A stretch of DNA of 64,000 nucleotides from Octopus vulgaris (GCA_951406725.2 OX597827.1:68758001-68822000); one strand, 5' to 3'; positions 13,960 through 27,406 are shown, counted from the stretch's first letter. Program-made: numbers and translations. The notes: generated by a model from the letters alone, not told the origin.

Positions 13960-15590
13960 ATCTAAATTTGTCGATGGAAATAAGGCTTAAAGTTTTCGTA
14001 CATACCAACGAGATCTGGTCGACTAAGTTCGACAATACTGAGCTTCTTAAAATCGTAATTAAAGAAAATTCAAAGCAAACTATTCGAGAACTAGCAACAC
14101 AGTTCAATTCAAATTATGCTTTGATCGTAAAACACTTTCATAGCCAGGAAACTTTGATCATTGATTTCCATATCCTTTGATTGCTTCTTGGTTTGATCAA
14201 TGAGTTTTCTCTGCTTGGCATTGAAGAATAGATTTGCTATTGAACCTTTCCTGAACAGTATCATCACAAATGATGAAAGGTGAGTTCCCTAAAATTATAT
14301 CCAATGCAAATGAAAATGGTTAGCAACAGTGAAAAAGGAAAATCCATTCTCAAACCAGGCTTACATCTGGAAAAAGTTATGCTCTGTGTTTCATGGAACA
14401 TAAAAAGTGTTACCTATCACGGAATGTTCTACCAAAACGCGTGTTAATTCGAAGAATTATTGTCGTTAATTGGAAGCATAGCACAAAAAGTTGTAGAAAA
14501 AATGGTTGTTCTGTATTTCAAGGGATATGAAGGGCGTGACCTACTGTGGAATGTTCTACCAAAACGAGTGTTAATTCAGAGAATTAGTGTCATAAATTGG
14601 AAGTACTGCACAAAAAATTTGCAGAAAAAAGCTGCCATAATTGGTTAGTCGTAAAGAGATATTGCTCATAAACGATAATATTGGGTTGTCTGGAAAGTTC
14701 GTGCCGATGTTTAAAGGAAAGAAAAAGGTCAAAAAATTCTTGCCATTACATTTTTAATCAACCAAATACGAACCATTTTGTTGAACAATGCGTCTCCATC
14801 TTTCCTTTAACTTGAAAATACCCTCTTCCCAGAATTGAGGTCGTTTCATGGCAAAGAATTCATCAAGGTATTTTTTTACGTCATTCAAGGAATTGAAATT
14901 TGTACCTTTAAGACTATTCTGCGGAGACCTGAATAAGTGGAAATCCGAAGGAGCAATATTTGGTGAATATGAAGGATGGGGTAACACATCCCAGCCGAGC
15001 TGCAGCAATTTTTGTCTGGTTCTAAAAGCATCAAGTGCCGAAAATGAACTTTCTTGTCTTCCATTTTAAAGGGCTACAGAATTAACACAGGTTATAGGAA
15101 CATAAACCTTCTTCCACAAAAAGATAGCTTAAACTGTGCTCTAAATGGAGGTGTAGTCAAATCCTATTTGACTATGGACTCAACCATGATCTAAAATAAG
15201 TCGAAAGGTAATCTACTATAAATTGGCACGAACTTTCCGGACAACCCAAAACAAGGCCGTATATTGTCCAAGTCACCCAGAAAAGGATTATGATACCAAA
15301 TATGGAATTTTGCTTCCTCTAATTATCATCTTTTTGATCATTGCAGCATTGTTTAGAGGGAAAAGATTTAATTAATTGTGAAGAGGTGAAGAATAATATT
15401 GAGAGCTTCTTTGCTACAAAACTCGAAGAAGTTTACGCCCGAGGGATCAACCATTAGCAAAATAGATGAGATTGTGTTATCTATAACGAAGGGAAATATT
15501 ATTTTGAGTAGAGGTATCAGTTAAGACCAAAGAATTGTTTATTTCTTTCGCATCTTGAAATGCGGCAGGACTTTCATTCCAACTCAATGG
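13960..15590 (+). mobile_element. Decayed mariner transposon (outer element), split by a nested insertion
   Basis: QTIRELA HTH-like segment, IITNDE-like first Asp, DN|TRP (HDNARPH-like) split at 14680/15250; 3' TIR-like aaatgcggcaggactttcattccaactcaat. Confidence 0.7.
14681..15249 (-). mobile_element. Internally deleted mariner with TIRs
   Basis: TIRs ttgggttgtctggaaagttcgtgcc / ggcacgaactttccggacaacccaa, preceded by TA; ORF 14754-15008 with LPHPSYSPNIAPSDFHLF. Confidence 0.9.
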
Positions 15591-15985
15591 TTTTCAATGC
15601 CAGAGTTTGGCTCTTGCCCATCCAGACTTTTGCAGATATCGACTATTCGTATGCGGTTCCCTTGTTCGTTCCAAAGAATGTAATATCAAAATTTTAAACC
15701 CATTCGCTATATTGAGTCATCATTCAGCAGATCTTTTTGGGCTGACTCCAGCTTGATTATGAACTTGTTTGTGGCTTTATGCTGCAATGATCAGCTTTTT
15801 TTTCAACAACCTCTGTAACTCCCAGTGAACGTTACTCGATTAGTCGGGCAGACGCTTTAGCATCGCTTCATGTTGCTGCAGCAGAAGGCGTTTCCAGATA
15901 GAATCGTCTCCTGTCTGGAGGAAAACACCATGCTGGTTATATCTTAGCAAATTATTTTCTCTAAAAAAATATAATCAATTCTCCA

Positions 15986-16036
<51 letters not shown>

Positions 16037-16043
16037 TATACAT

Positions 16044-16074
<31 letters not shown>

Positions 16075-16147
16075 AACTGTTGATGATTCATCCCATGACA
16101 TTGCAGATACGTGAAGTCAGAGCGACATAGTCCTGTAGTTGTTTTTG

Positions 16148-16951
16148 TTTTGAACTCAGAACGTAGCGGCACACGAAATACCTATTTATTTACTACCCAC
16201 AAGGGACTTAACACAGAGAGGACAAACAAGGATAGACAAACGGATTAAGTCGAATATATCGACTCCAGTGCGTAACTGGTACTCATTTAATCGACCCCGA
16301 ATGGATGAAAGGCAAAGTCAACCTCGGCGGAATTTGAACTCAGAACGTAACGGCAGACGAAATACCTATTTCTTTACTACCCACAAGGGGCTAAACACAG
16401 AGAGGACAAACAAGGATAGACAAACGGATTAAGTCGATCATATCGACCCCAGTGCGTAACTGGTACTTATTTAATCGACCCCGAAAGGATGAAAGGCAAT
16501 GTCGACCTCGGCGAAATTTGAACTCACAACGTAGCGGCAGACGAAATACCTATTTCTTTACTACCCACAAGGGGCTAAACACAGAGGGGACAAACAAGAA
16601 CAGACACACGGATTAAGTCGATTATATCGACCCCAATGCGTAACTGGTACTTAATTTATCGACCCCGAAAGGATGAAAGGCAAAGTCAACCTCGGTGAAA
16701 TTTGAACTCACAACGTAGCGGCAGACGAAATACCTATTTCTTTACTACCCACAAGGGGCTAAACACAGAGAGGAGAAACAAGGACAGACAGACGGATTAA
16801 GCCGATTATATCGACCCCAATGCGTAACTGGTACTTAATTTACCGACCCCGAAAGGATGAAAAGTAAAGCCGACCTCGGCGGAATTTCAACTCAGAACGT
16901 AGCGGCAGACGAAATACCGCTAAGCATCTCGCCCAGCGTGCTAACGTTTCT
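16148..16951 (-). repeat. Tandem array of SINE B-derived 184-bp units (4 full units plus a partial)
   Basis: gaaatacc recurs at 16175, 16359, 16543, 16727 and 16911. Confidence 0.92.
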
Positions 16952-17139
16952 GTCTATCGAGTTCTTTGGCTTGCCAACCGAGTGCGGCAAGAAAGTGGTA
17001 TGGATGCTAACCAGAGGTTGTAATAGAGAACAAGAACATCAGGATTTTATGGGATTTCCGCATAAAAAAAGTGACCATACTACTGAAATATAGATACCAG
17101 ATATGATTATAGAGAACAAAAAAGTAACCGTGTAAAAAT

Positions 17140-17526
17140 GGATGGATGGAAGCACTCCGTCGGTTACGACGACGAGGGTTCCGGTTGATCCGATCAACGG
17201 AACAGCCTGCTCGTGAAATTAACGTGTAAGTGGCTGAGCACTCCACAGACACGTGTATTACCCTTAACGTAGTTCTCGGGGATATTCAGCGTGACACAGA
17301 GAGTGACAAGGCCGGCCCTTTGAAAATACAGGTACAACAGAAACAGGAAGTAAGAGTGAGAGAAAGTTGTGGTGAAAGAGTACAGCAGAGATCACCACCA
17401 TCCCCTGCCGGAGCGTCGTGGAGCTTTTCTGTGTTTTCGCTCAATAAACACTCACAACGCCCGGTCTGGGAATCGAAACCACGATCCTACGACCGCGAGT
17501 CCGCTGCCCTAACCACTGGGCCATTG
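17140..17526 (-). mobile_element. SINE family C1 with TSD
   Basis: (CCAT)n tail; TSD cgtgtaaaaat at 17129-17139 and 17527-17537. Confidence 0.9.
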
Positions 17527-17575
17527 CGTGTAAAAATAGAGACTTTGCAAAACCATATGATAACAGATTGGACAG

Positions 17576-17872
17576 TGGAAGCAGATGGCCTAGTGGTAAG
17601 AGCACCGGAGAGGCGGTCGAGGGATCGCGGGTTCAAATTTCAGACCGAGCGGTGTGTGTATTTATGAGCGAAACACCTAAGCTCCACGAGGCTCCGGCAG
17701 AAGGTAATGACGAACTTCTGGTGACTCTTTCGCCACAACTTTCTCTCACTCTTTCTTCTTGCATCTTGCAGCTCACCTGCGACGGACCGGCGTTCCGTCC
17801 AGGTAGGGAACCTATACGCCAAGGAAACTGGGAAACCGGCCCTTATGAGCAAGGCATGGCTCGAGAAGGAAG
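17576..17872 (+). mobile_element. SINE family C2
   Basis: tRNA head with B box GGTTCAAATTTC; 3' CCTGCGACGGACCGGCG..CCGTCCAGG. Confidence 0.8.
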
Positions 17873-17879
17873 ATTGGAC

Positions 17880-18191
17880 AGCAAAGAAATTTGGAAAACT
17901 GAGGAATATCAGGACAAGTCTAAAGATAGGAAGAGAATGTAAAAGACTAAGATGATAATTATTCTTGTAGTAATTATTCTTGTAGTAATAGGTGCACTCA
18001 ACACAAAAACCCAAATTGCTACCAAAGTGGCAGAAGGATATTGGAATTGAGACTCGCGTTGTTGACCTGCAGAAAAGTGTCATTCTTTATTCTGTTAAGA
18101 ATTCTGAGAAACATTCTTGAGATTTGAAGAGACTCGTCACCAAACCTTAAAACAACTTCCCTGCGAACAAATGTAGCGTGGTATAGTTTTA

Positions 18192-18232
<41 letters not shown>
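17880..18232 (+). mobile_element. 3' end of an RLE-type LINE with (TAA)n tail
   Basis: Degenerate ILVVIGALN...DLQKSVILYSV.ILRNILEI* then a short UTR and (TAA)n. Confidence 0.7.
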
Positions 18233-18640
<408 letters not shown>

Positions 18641-19110
18641 AGGAGTTCCAACAAAACCTGTGATACAAAGAAAAAATAATAATAATAATAGCAATAATAA
18701 TGATAATAATAATAATAATAAATAATGTGTGATTGCCTTTTTCTTCTTCTTTGTAGTTGAGAAGGCTTACACTTGTTCTTGTCTCTTAAGAATTGGCGCC
18801 AAAAAAAAAAGACATCGGTCTCTCATTGACCGCTATTGGTTGCTCTTCGGCACATTTTTTACTCTCCAAGAATTGCCGTCATTTTACGTCATAGCTCACA
18901 TGACCAGAAGTGTGAATCTGCTCATATGTGTGTGCGTGCGTGCGTGTATGTGTGTGTGTGTGCGTGCGTGTGTGTGTGTGTTTGCTTTCATGTATGTGTT
19001 TGTCTCCTCGTGCATATATGTATGTGTGCTTGCCGTTGTTTTCTAATGTGTGCGTGTGCATATACATGTGTATGTCCGTCACTTAGAGCTTGTAATTCTG
19101 TGTGCGTGTG

Positions 19111-19145
<35 letters not shown>

Positions 19146-19599
19146 GAGGTCCATACGTGAGCGTATACACATTGATGACTGTGTCAGTTTGCGTTTGAGA
19201 AAGAGAGCTTGCGTACCATGAGCTTAAATTATAAATGATGTCATCAGTTGTAGAGGCGTTTGGTAGAGAGGGTGGTGGGGACGGGGGGTAAGAATGGTGT
19301 CGATTGTGATGACAGCAGTGGTGAAAGTGGTGGTACCGGTGGTGGTGATGGTGGTGGTGGTGGTGGTGAAAGTGTTGGTACCGGTGGTGATGGTGGTGGT
19401 GGTTTTGGTGGAGGGATTCAAACCCAAAGAATTCCTTTCAACACATGGCTACGATGCTCTCCCACTACCTCCTGCTCATGACCAGAGTTTCACATATCGT
19501 CAGCCACTAAGGGGCATGCTCAAGTGGTTTATGGCCAAACAACTGACCAGTAAATCCGTGGTATTGAGCAGAATATTTGCTATAACGATATTTCTGCTT

Positions 19600-20446
19600 C
19601 CGCAAAAGGAACAATCGGAAATGTTGTCTACGAAGACATGAGATATAAGTCTTATATGATGAGGAAAGATCAATTTGTCAGAAAAAGCAAAAGAAAATCA
19701 CTACATCAGATCTAAAAGGTTCCTAAACAAACTGAAAAGTCCAGCAGAAGATTTTATTTGGTTTTCCTCAAACGAGCAAAACTTCGACCAAGATCAAAAA
19801 GTTAACACAAGAAATGATAGATGGTTATGTGCAGACCCTTCTGAAGTTCCAAGTGTTATGCCTACAAAATTTCCTGCAACTCTCATGGTTTTAGGGTTTG
19901 TCAGCAATGAATGACATGTGATGCCTCCTTACTCCCTTCCACAATTCTTGAAAGTTAACTCTGCCGCCTACATTGAGGTCCTGGAAACAATTGTTAGACA
20001 GTGCATGCAATGGAAGGTCATATGTGTTTCAGTAAGACTCTGCACTATCACACATGGCTCTAGTAACACAGGAATGGATGGCTGAAAATTTTCATAATCA
20101 CATAACCGCTAACATTCTCCAGATCTCAGTCCATTGGACTATTGCACGTGGAGCATTGTTGAGAGAGAGGTCAATGAACACACCCATAACACCAAATATT
20201 CTTTGAAAGCTGCCATAGTCAGAGTAATGTCCAAAATGAACCAGGAGCACTTGATTCGAGCATGTAGATGATTCAGATCTCATAAAAGAAGCAGTTGTTG
20301 AAGCTGAAGGTGGCTTTATTGAGGAACATTATAGAAAAGAAGGTTTATTTTTATCCTCAAAGCATTTTTTGATAAATAAAGTTATCTTTTATTATATATG
20401 TTTTTTCATAAACATAAATCTGTCGTCAAATATCTTACGCACCCTG
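19600..20446 (+). mobile_element. Decayed Tc1/mariner transposase of maT (DD37D)-like type with 3' TIR
   Basis: IWFSSNEQNF, NDRWL, MVLGFVS, YVFQ*DSA, SPDLSPLDY, EAEGGFIE; terminal tatcttacgcaccctg. Confidence 0.8.
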
Positions 20447-20448
20447 CA

Positions 20449-20519
<71 letters not shown>

Positions 20520-20564
20520 GAGAGAGAATAAGAGAGCAGCAGCAGCAAAGTAGCTAGCTGTAAG

Positions 20565-21150
20565 ATCTCAATAAGATACGAAAGTATGGCTGTTTCGTGT
20601 TACTGCTAGTTTAACCTAGGCAGATCTTCCACCAGCTAGTTATAGATGCAGCTCTCCTGCTGGCAATATATATGTAGAGAGTGCAGTGCTGCTCCCCTAC
20701 TGGCAATACATATGTACAGGGTGCGGTGCTGCACTTATAACCAGCTGGCGGGAGATCTGCCTGGGGTTAAACTAGTAGTAACACTGAACAACCATATTGA
20801 TGTGACGATTAACTTTACTTGTTCGTGTAGTTACTACTCTCGTCTCTTATTCGGATTTTACAACAAGCTACATTGCTCGTTGCAAATCAGTGACCGATAG
20901 TCGCTTTGTTTACAATATGTTGCTGGCTAGAGCGAACTATGGCCATCTATCTGGCGATCAGGAGTTTTGCGACTGAGAACAAGCAAACTAGCTCGAAACC
21001 GAATCGGTCTAACGACCTTGTCATCTGCTGGAAGATTGTAAAGGATCGCTCCCCTGCTTGCAGTATATATATGTACAGCGTGCAGAGCTGCACCTATAAC
21101 CAGCTGACAGAAGATCTGTCTGGTGTTAAGCTACTAGTAACATTGAACAC
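20565..21150 (+). mobile_element. Penelope-like pLTR-type element with inverted and direct repeats and a hammerhead
   Basis: 20597-20655 is inverted relative to 20727-20784; 20690-20790 is repeated at 21048-21150; hammerhead-like motif at 20969-21013; homologous to 25420-25640. Confidence 0.55.
20969..21013 (+). ncRNA. Degenerate type I hammerhead ribozyme
   Basis: GCGA CTGAGAA CAAGC AAACTA GCTC GAAAC CGAATCG GTC. Confidence 0.55.
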
Positions 21151-22030
21151 GAGTGCAGCTGGCATCGACCATGTTCTGGTGGTGCTTTTACGTGTCACTG
21201 GCACGGGGAGCCAGTTAGAATTATAGATAGGAAATAGTGGCACAACATTGGTGCCTTGTGCCACTATTTCCTATTTATGTTTTAATATTTATGTTTTAAT
21301 ATATAGCCCCTTGTGGGGCTATATACAGATATATGTATGCTTAATGTTTTAATGAAGATGTATTTAAGTGTGTGTGTGTGTGCTCGTGTGTTTGTGTGTG
21401 TTATGTATATGTTATGTGTGTTATGTGAGTGTAGTGTATGTGTTGTGTGTGTGTGTTGTGTGTGTTATATGTGTGTTATGTGGGTGGTGTGATGTGGGTG
21501 TGTGTTATGTGTGTGAGTTCATGTGGAAGTGTGTGTGTGTGGTATACATGTGTATATGTTTCTGTGTGTATGCGTGTGTATATGTATGCAGATGTGCATG
21601 TGTGTGTATGTGTGGGTGTATTGATGTGAGCGTATGTGTGTATTCGTATGTGTGTTTGTTCGTGTGTGTATGTGTGTGTATGCTAGTATGTGTGTATATG
21701 GGTAATTACAAGTGTTCGAGTTTGTGTAGTTATGTGTTTATGTGTATATGTATGCGAGGGAGAGAGAGAGAGCGTGTGTGTGTGTATGTGAGCATATATG
21801 TGAGTGTGTGCATGTGTGTATCTATGTATGTGTATGTGTGCGTGTGTCTGTGCGTGTCCGTGTATGTGTGTGTGTATTTGCGTGATTTCTGTGTCATAGT
21901 ATATTTATGGCTACATGCGTATTTGCACGTGTGTTTATAAGTGTAACTCTGTATACGAGTAGTTAAGTGTGTACTTAAGTATGTAGATAAGTGTATAATT
22001 ACGTGTGTTTATTCGTAATATATATACACC

Positions 22031-22087
<57 letters not shown>

Positions 22088-22234
22088 GCCCGTGCACGTG
22101 CATGTCTTTCCTGTTGTGAAGGAAATGCAACATATTTAGCAACTGGTCTTGTGTGTGAGAAACCACAGGGGTGTGTGTATATATGTGTGTGTGTATGTAG
22201 AAGTATTAGTGTGTGCGTCTGTGTGTGTGTGTGT

Positions 22235-22288
<54 letters not shown>

Positions 22289-22480
22289 GTAGAAGTGTGT
22301 GTGTGACTATGTGTGTTTATAGGTATGTGGGACTGTTATAGGTCTTTGAGAATATGTTTGTTTTTTTTTATGCGTGTATATAGTCCGCAAAAATTGCAAA
22401 CTGCAGATGTGTAGAATCTTGATTTCACATTCAACGCACACGCGCACACATGTGCACATACGCACACATGTGCACACACG

Positions 22481-22511
<31 letters not shown>

Positions 22512-22784
22512 GTATACAAACATGCATGCACGCACACGCATATATACATATATATTCATAAATATATGTATGTATATATATATATAGAGAGAGAGAGAGA
22601 GCGAGAGAGAGAGAGAGAGAGAGAAGAGAAATTTATATATATATATATATATGAGTGTGTGTATACACACACACTCATGTAATACATAATATACTCACTC
22701 ACATGCTCGTGTGTGCATGCGACTCTGTATACTGTCTGTATATGCATCAGTGTGAATATACATAAGTGTATGTATATATATATA

Positions 22785-23400
22785 ATTGAGTCATCCCATA
22801 AATAATGCAGTTTTTTTTATACTGCTTTCATTTTTCAAAATTAAGATAAACAAAGTTCTGTTTTTAATCTAAAATATACTCTCCTTCATTTTCTACAATG
22901 CTCTTCCATCTATCTGGTAAACTTGCAAAGCCCATCTTCCAAAATTCACTTGTCCGTGACGAAAAATACTCTTCCTGTACTGTTCTGACCCCATCTACAG
23001 AATTCATATTTTTTCCGTTCAAATGATTTTGAAGACTGAGGAATAAAAGATAATCAGATGGGGCAATGCCCTGCGAATATGGTGGGTGGGGCATCGTTTC
23101 CCATTCAAGCTGCTCCAGCCTTTGGAATGCCATCCTCGTTGTATATAGCCGAGCATTATACCCTAATGGAAGAACACCTTTCGTCTTGAAACCAAAGATG
23201 GTCGTTTTTCTTCCAACCTGGATGACTTTATAAGCGGGCCTTCTCTGCTGGACTACACCGCTTGTTACGTCAGTCATGCTTGCAGGATCTATACAATTAT
23301 TTCTACGGAAGTCATTTGAAAAACTTTTAAAAGCTTTAGTCTTTGCTTCCCTTTAACGGATATTGATGTCATTTATACTCATTAGCATTTTCACCCGGGG
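22785..23400 (-). mobile_element. Decayed mariner, 3' part with TIR
   Basis: ORF 22864-23277 with WETMPHPPYSQGIAPSDYLLF...LPDRWKSIVENEGEYI; TIR-like ttgagtcatcccataaataatgcag beside TA. Confidence 0.85.
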
Positions 23401-23501
23401 TTATGTTACATATGTATATATATATATATATATTTATGTGTTTGTTTACAGCTTGTAGGCACGAGTGAAAGTGAATACATACACATGTATGTACGTATTA
23501 C

Positions 23502-23557
<56 letters not shown>

Positions 23558-23558
23558 T

Positions 23559-23624
<66 letters not shown>

Positions 23625-23659
23625 CATGCGTGTGTATATTCATATATAAAGATATGTAA

Positions 23660-23734
<75 letters not shown>

Positions 23735-24159
23735 AGGGGAGACAGAGATAGAGAGAGCCAGATAGATATGCGTGTATATATGTGTGTGTATAAAGATATA
23801 TGTAAATATACAGAGAGAGTGCGAAAGAGAGCGAGAGAGAGAAACAAATAGATAGATTGATAGACAGACAGACAGACAGACAGACAGTCAGACAGACAGA
23901 CAGACAGACGGATAGATAGATAGATACATACATACATACATACATACATACATACATACATACATACATACATAAATACATCCACGCTTATATACATTCG
24001 TATTCATTAATATATACCTATGTACATATTTGTACACACACGCACACATACATGTATGTGTGTGTGTGTGTGTGTGCGTGTTTTTTGTGTGTGAGTGTCT
24101 ACCAACCACCGAACTGGACACCAGTGAATTGTACCAAAGATCCTGCCCTCTCTATCTAC

Positions 24160-24672
24160 AGTAGGGGTTGTCAAGCATTTTCTAATCTATGGACCCTTTG
24201 ATTACCATTTCATTCTGGTGGACCCCGATAGCCATAGAAACTTGTTACAAATTTCTTGTTTGATTGTTTACATATTCACTTGTGTCGATTGATCTATGTA
24301 AAATGTTAGAGAAAGAAACCCGTCTGTTTCTTGCAATGCATACCAATACACACATCTAAAACTGGGGTTCTCAACCATTTTTTATATATGGACCCCTTTG
24401 GTTGTTATTTTATTCTGGTAGATTCCCAGAACCATTCAATGTTTAAAAACTAATTTTATAGAAACCTGTGTAGGTTAAATTATGTAAAATGTTAGACAAA
24501 GAAACCTAGCTGTTTCTTTCAATAAATACCAATACATACATCTGAAGCAAGGGCTCTGCAGGGACCCTTAAAATACTATTGGGTATCTTCAATCTACTGT
24601 CTAGTTATGTGGACGCCCAAAAATCTAATAGAGACCCCCAGGGGACATATGGATCCCGGTTTATAACCTTAA
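24160..24672. mobile_element. Probable hAT/Charlie-like non-autonomous element with internal ~190-bp duplication
   Basis: ggggttgtcaagc and ctggggttctcaacc starts, ggtttataacc end, repeated aaaatgttaga.aaagaaacc block. Confidence 0.5.
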
Positions 24673-25016
24673 TAGAGTAAGGACCCATTTCTGTGAAAGC
24701 TTAGGTTTGAAGGGCTCGTAACTTATCAACACTGCTAAACAACCTCAGAGATCTGCAAGGTGCAGACGTGGATGTATTCAAAGAATATATTACGAAATTT
24801 TATCTCGGGTAACAGATGGAATCACATCGCAGCAAGAAACATGGTGCGACTGCACCGGAAACTGTTCCGGCGTAATGACGATGTTCCTGCTTGGCCACAG
24901 TAATATCTGGCAAGTGTCTTCTACTATAGCCTCGGGCCAAAGACCAGTCGTATAGATATATAGATGTGGCGACTGGCTTTTCTGTTTAGTACACGTTATT
25001 ACTCTGAGACGCAAGT

Positions 25017-25410
25017 GGAGACGCAATGGCCCAGTGGTTAGGGCAGCGGATTCGCGGTCATAGGATCGCGGTTTCGATTCCCAGACCGGGCGTTGTGAGT
25101 GTTTATAGAGCGAAAACACCTAAAAAAGCTCCACAAGGCTCCGGCAGGGGATGGTGGTGATCCCTGCTGTACTCTTTCACCACAACTTTCCCTCACTCTT
25201 ACTTCCTGTTTCTGTTGTACCTGTATTTCAAAGGGCCGGCCTTGTCACTCTCTGTGTCACGCTGAATACCCACGAGAACTACGTTAAGGGTACACGTGTC
25301 TGTGGAGTGCTCAGCCACTTACACGTTAATTTCACGAGCAGGCTGTTCCGTTGATTCGGATCAACCGGAACCCTCATCGTCGTAACCGACGGAGTGCTTC
25401 CATCCATCCA
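25017..25410 (+). mobile_element. SINE family C1, full length
   Basis: Same sequence as 17140-17526 and 40859-41254; (CCAT)n tail. Confidence 0.9.
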
Positions 25411-25545
25411 CTCTGATCTCTTCTTGAGATTTTACGGTAAGTTATTTTGCTTGTTGCAGATCAGTGACTGATGCTCACTTTTATATTGTTTACAATAAAC
25501 TGTTCGCGGTCGCGGACTTTGGCTATCGCTCTAGCATGGAGGTGT

Positions 25546-25594
25546 TCGCGACTGGGGATGAGCTGAATACTTCGAAACTGAGTCAGTCTCGCGA
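25546..25594 (+). ncRNA. Degenerate type I hammerhead ribozyme
   Basis: TCGCGA CTGGGGA TGAGC TGAATA CTTC GAAAC TGAGTCA GTC TCGCGA; 6-bp stem I and palindromic stem III. Confidence 0.6.
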
Positions 25595-25654
25595 TCCTGT
25601 TATCTGCTGGAGGATGTCAGGAGTTCGCTCCCCATGTTGACAATATATTGTGTA

Positions 25655-25981
25655 TAGGAGAGGCTGTAAGTAGCTTGCTTACGAACCACATGGTCCCAGG
25701 TTCAGTCCCACTGCGTGGCTCCTGGGGCAAGTGTCTTCTACTTAAGCCTCGGGCCGACCAAAGCCTTGTGAGTGGATTTGGTAGACGGAAACTGAAAGAA
25801 GCCCGTCGTATATATGTATATATGTATATATGTGTGTGTATATGTTTGTGTGTTTGTGTTTTTGTTCCCCCCAACATCGCTTGACAACCGATGCTGGTGT
25901 GCTTGTGTCCCCTTCACTTAGCGGCAGTTCGTCATAATCATTTCAAGAATAAGTACATCGAATTAATGAGGTCAATATGTG

Positions 25982-26015
<34 letters not shown>

Positions 26016-26090
26016 AATGTTTGCGTATGTGTGTGAGTGTAAGTGTATGGCCACAGTCAAATAACTGAAACAAGTAAAAGAGTAAAAGAG
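25655..26090 (+). mobile_element. SINE A with an internal segment replaced
   Basis: A head and AGTAAAAG tail; 25926-26047 is a copy of 26267-26388. Confidence 0.8.
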
Positions 26091-26315
26091 TATATGTATA
26101 TAATGTATGTGTGTATGTATGCATATATATATATAAACATATATGTGCGTGTGTGTATAAATATATATACATATATACGCATACAGACATATATACAAAC
26201 GTACATACACAAGCACACAAATACATTCATACACATTGATTAGCCACAGTTTCCCGCCTACTCTGCTGCAGTCGTCATAATCATTTCAAGAATAAACATC
26301 GAATTAATGAGGTCA

Positions 26316-26356
<41 letters not shown>

Positions 26357-26566
26357 TTTGCGTATGTGTGTGTGAGTGTAAGTGTATGTGTGTGGATGTG
26401 TGTAGGTATATATATGTATGTATGCACGTATGTATGTATGTAGGTAGGTAGGTAGGTAGGTAGGTAGGTAGGTAGGTAGGTAGGTAGGAAGGAAGGTAGG
26501 TAGGTAGGTAGGTAGGTAGGTAGGTAGGTAGGTAGGTAGGTAGGTATGTGTGTATATCAAACACGC

Positions 26567-26603
<37 letters not shown>

Positions 26604-26710
26604 TCTTTGTAAGCCTAGTACTTATTCACTTGAAAATAGATTGTAATATGAACGAGAAACGTAGCAAATACCGGAAGTGAAGCACAGGAAGTTATCTTTC
26701 AAGCCGTGTC

Positions 26711-26757
<47 letters not shown>

Positions 26758-26832
26758 GACGGGCTTTTTTTGTGTTTCCGTTTTCTACCAAATCCACAGG
26801 CTTTGGTCGGGGACGTCAAGGAGTGCTATCAT

Positions 26833-26889
<57 letters not shown>

Positions 26890-27023
26890 TCATATTCTTG
26901 GACTTAATCGACAATTTTAAATATGTTAATAAAGTTTTAATGTATGTAATTTAAATGTATATCTGTACGAATGACCATGGAAGTAGTTGTATATGAATGC
27001 TTGTATGTATATGACAAACACGC

Positions 27024-27057
<34 letters not shown>

Positions 27058-27060
<3 letters not shown>

Positions 27061-27180
27061 TCTTTGTAAGCCTAGTACTTATTCTATCGGTCTCTTTTGC
27101 CGAACCGCTAGGTTACGGGGACGTAGACACACCACAATCGGTTGTCAAGCGATGTTGGGGGGACAAACACACACACACAA

Positions 27181-27228
<48 letters not shown>

Positions 27229-27390
27229 GACGGGCTTCTTTCAGTTTCCGTCTACCAAATCCACGCACAAGGCTTTGGTCGGCTCGAGGCTATGGCAGAA
27301 GACACTTGCCCAAGGTGCCATGCAGTGGGACTGAACCCGGAACCATGTGGTTGGTAAGCAAGCTACTTACCACACAGTCACTCCAACGCC
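27058..27390 (-). mobile_element. SINE A, 3'-truncated
   Basis: Head and body match the consensus of the other copies. Confidence 0.85.
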
Positions 27391-27406
27391 TATAACAATG
27401 TGTGAC

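Noticed and set aside
16148-16951. CRISPR-like array
   Set aside because: Units repeat in full with no unique spacers, and the context is eukaryotic SINE sequence.
25017-25092. Functional tRNA genes at SINE heads
   Set aside because: The heads continue into shared SINE bodies, lack terminators and have imperfect acceptor stems.
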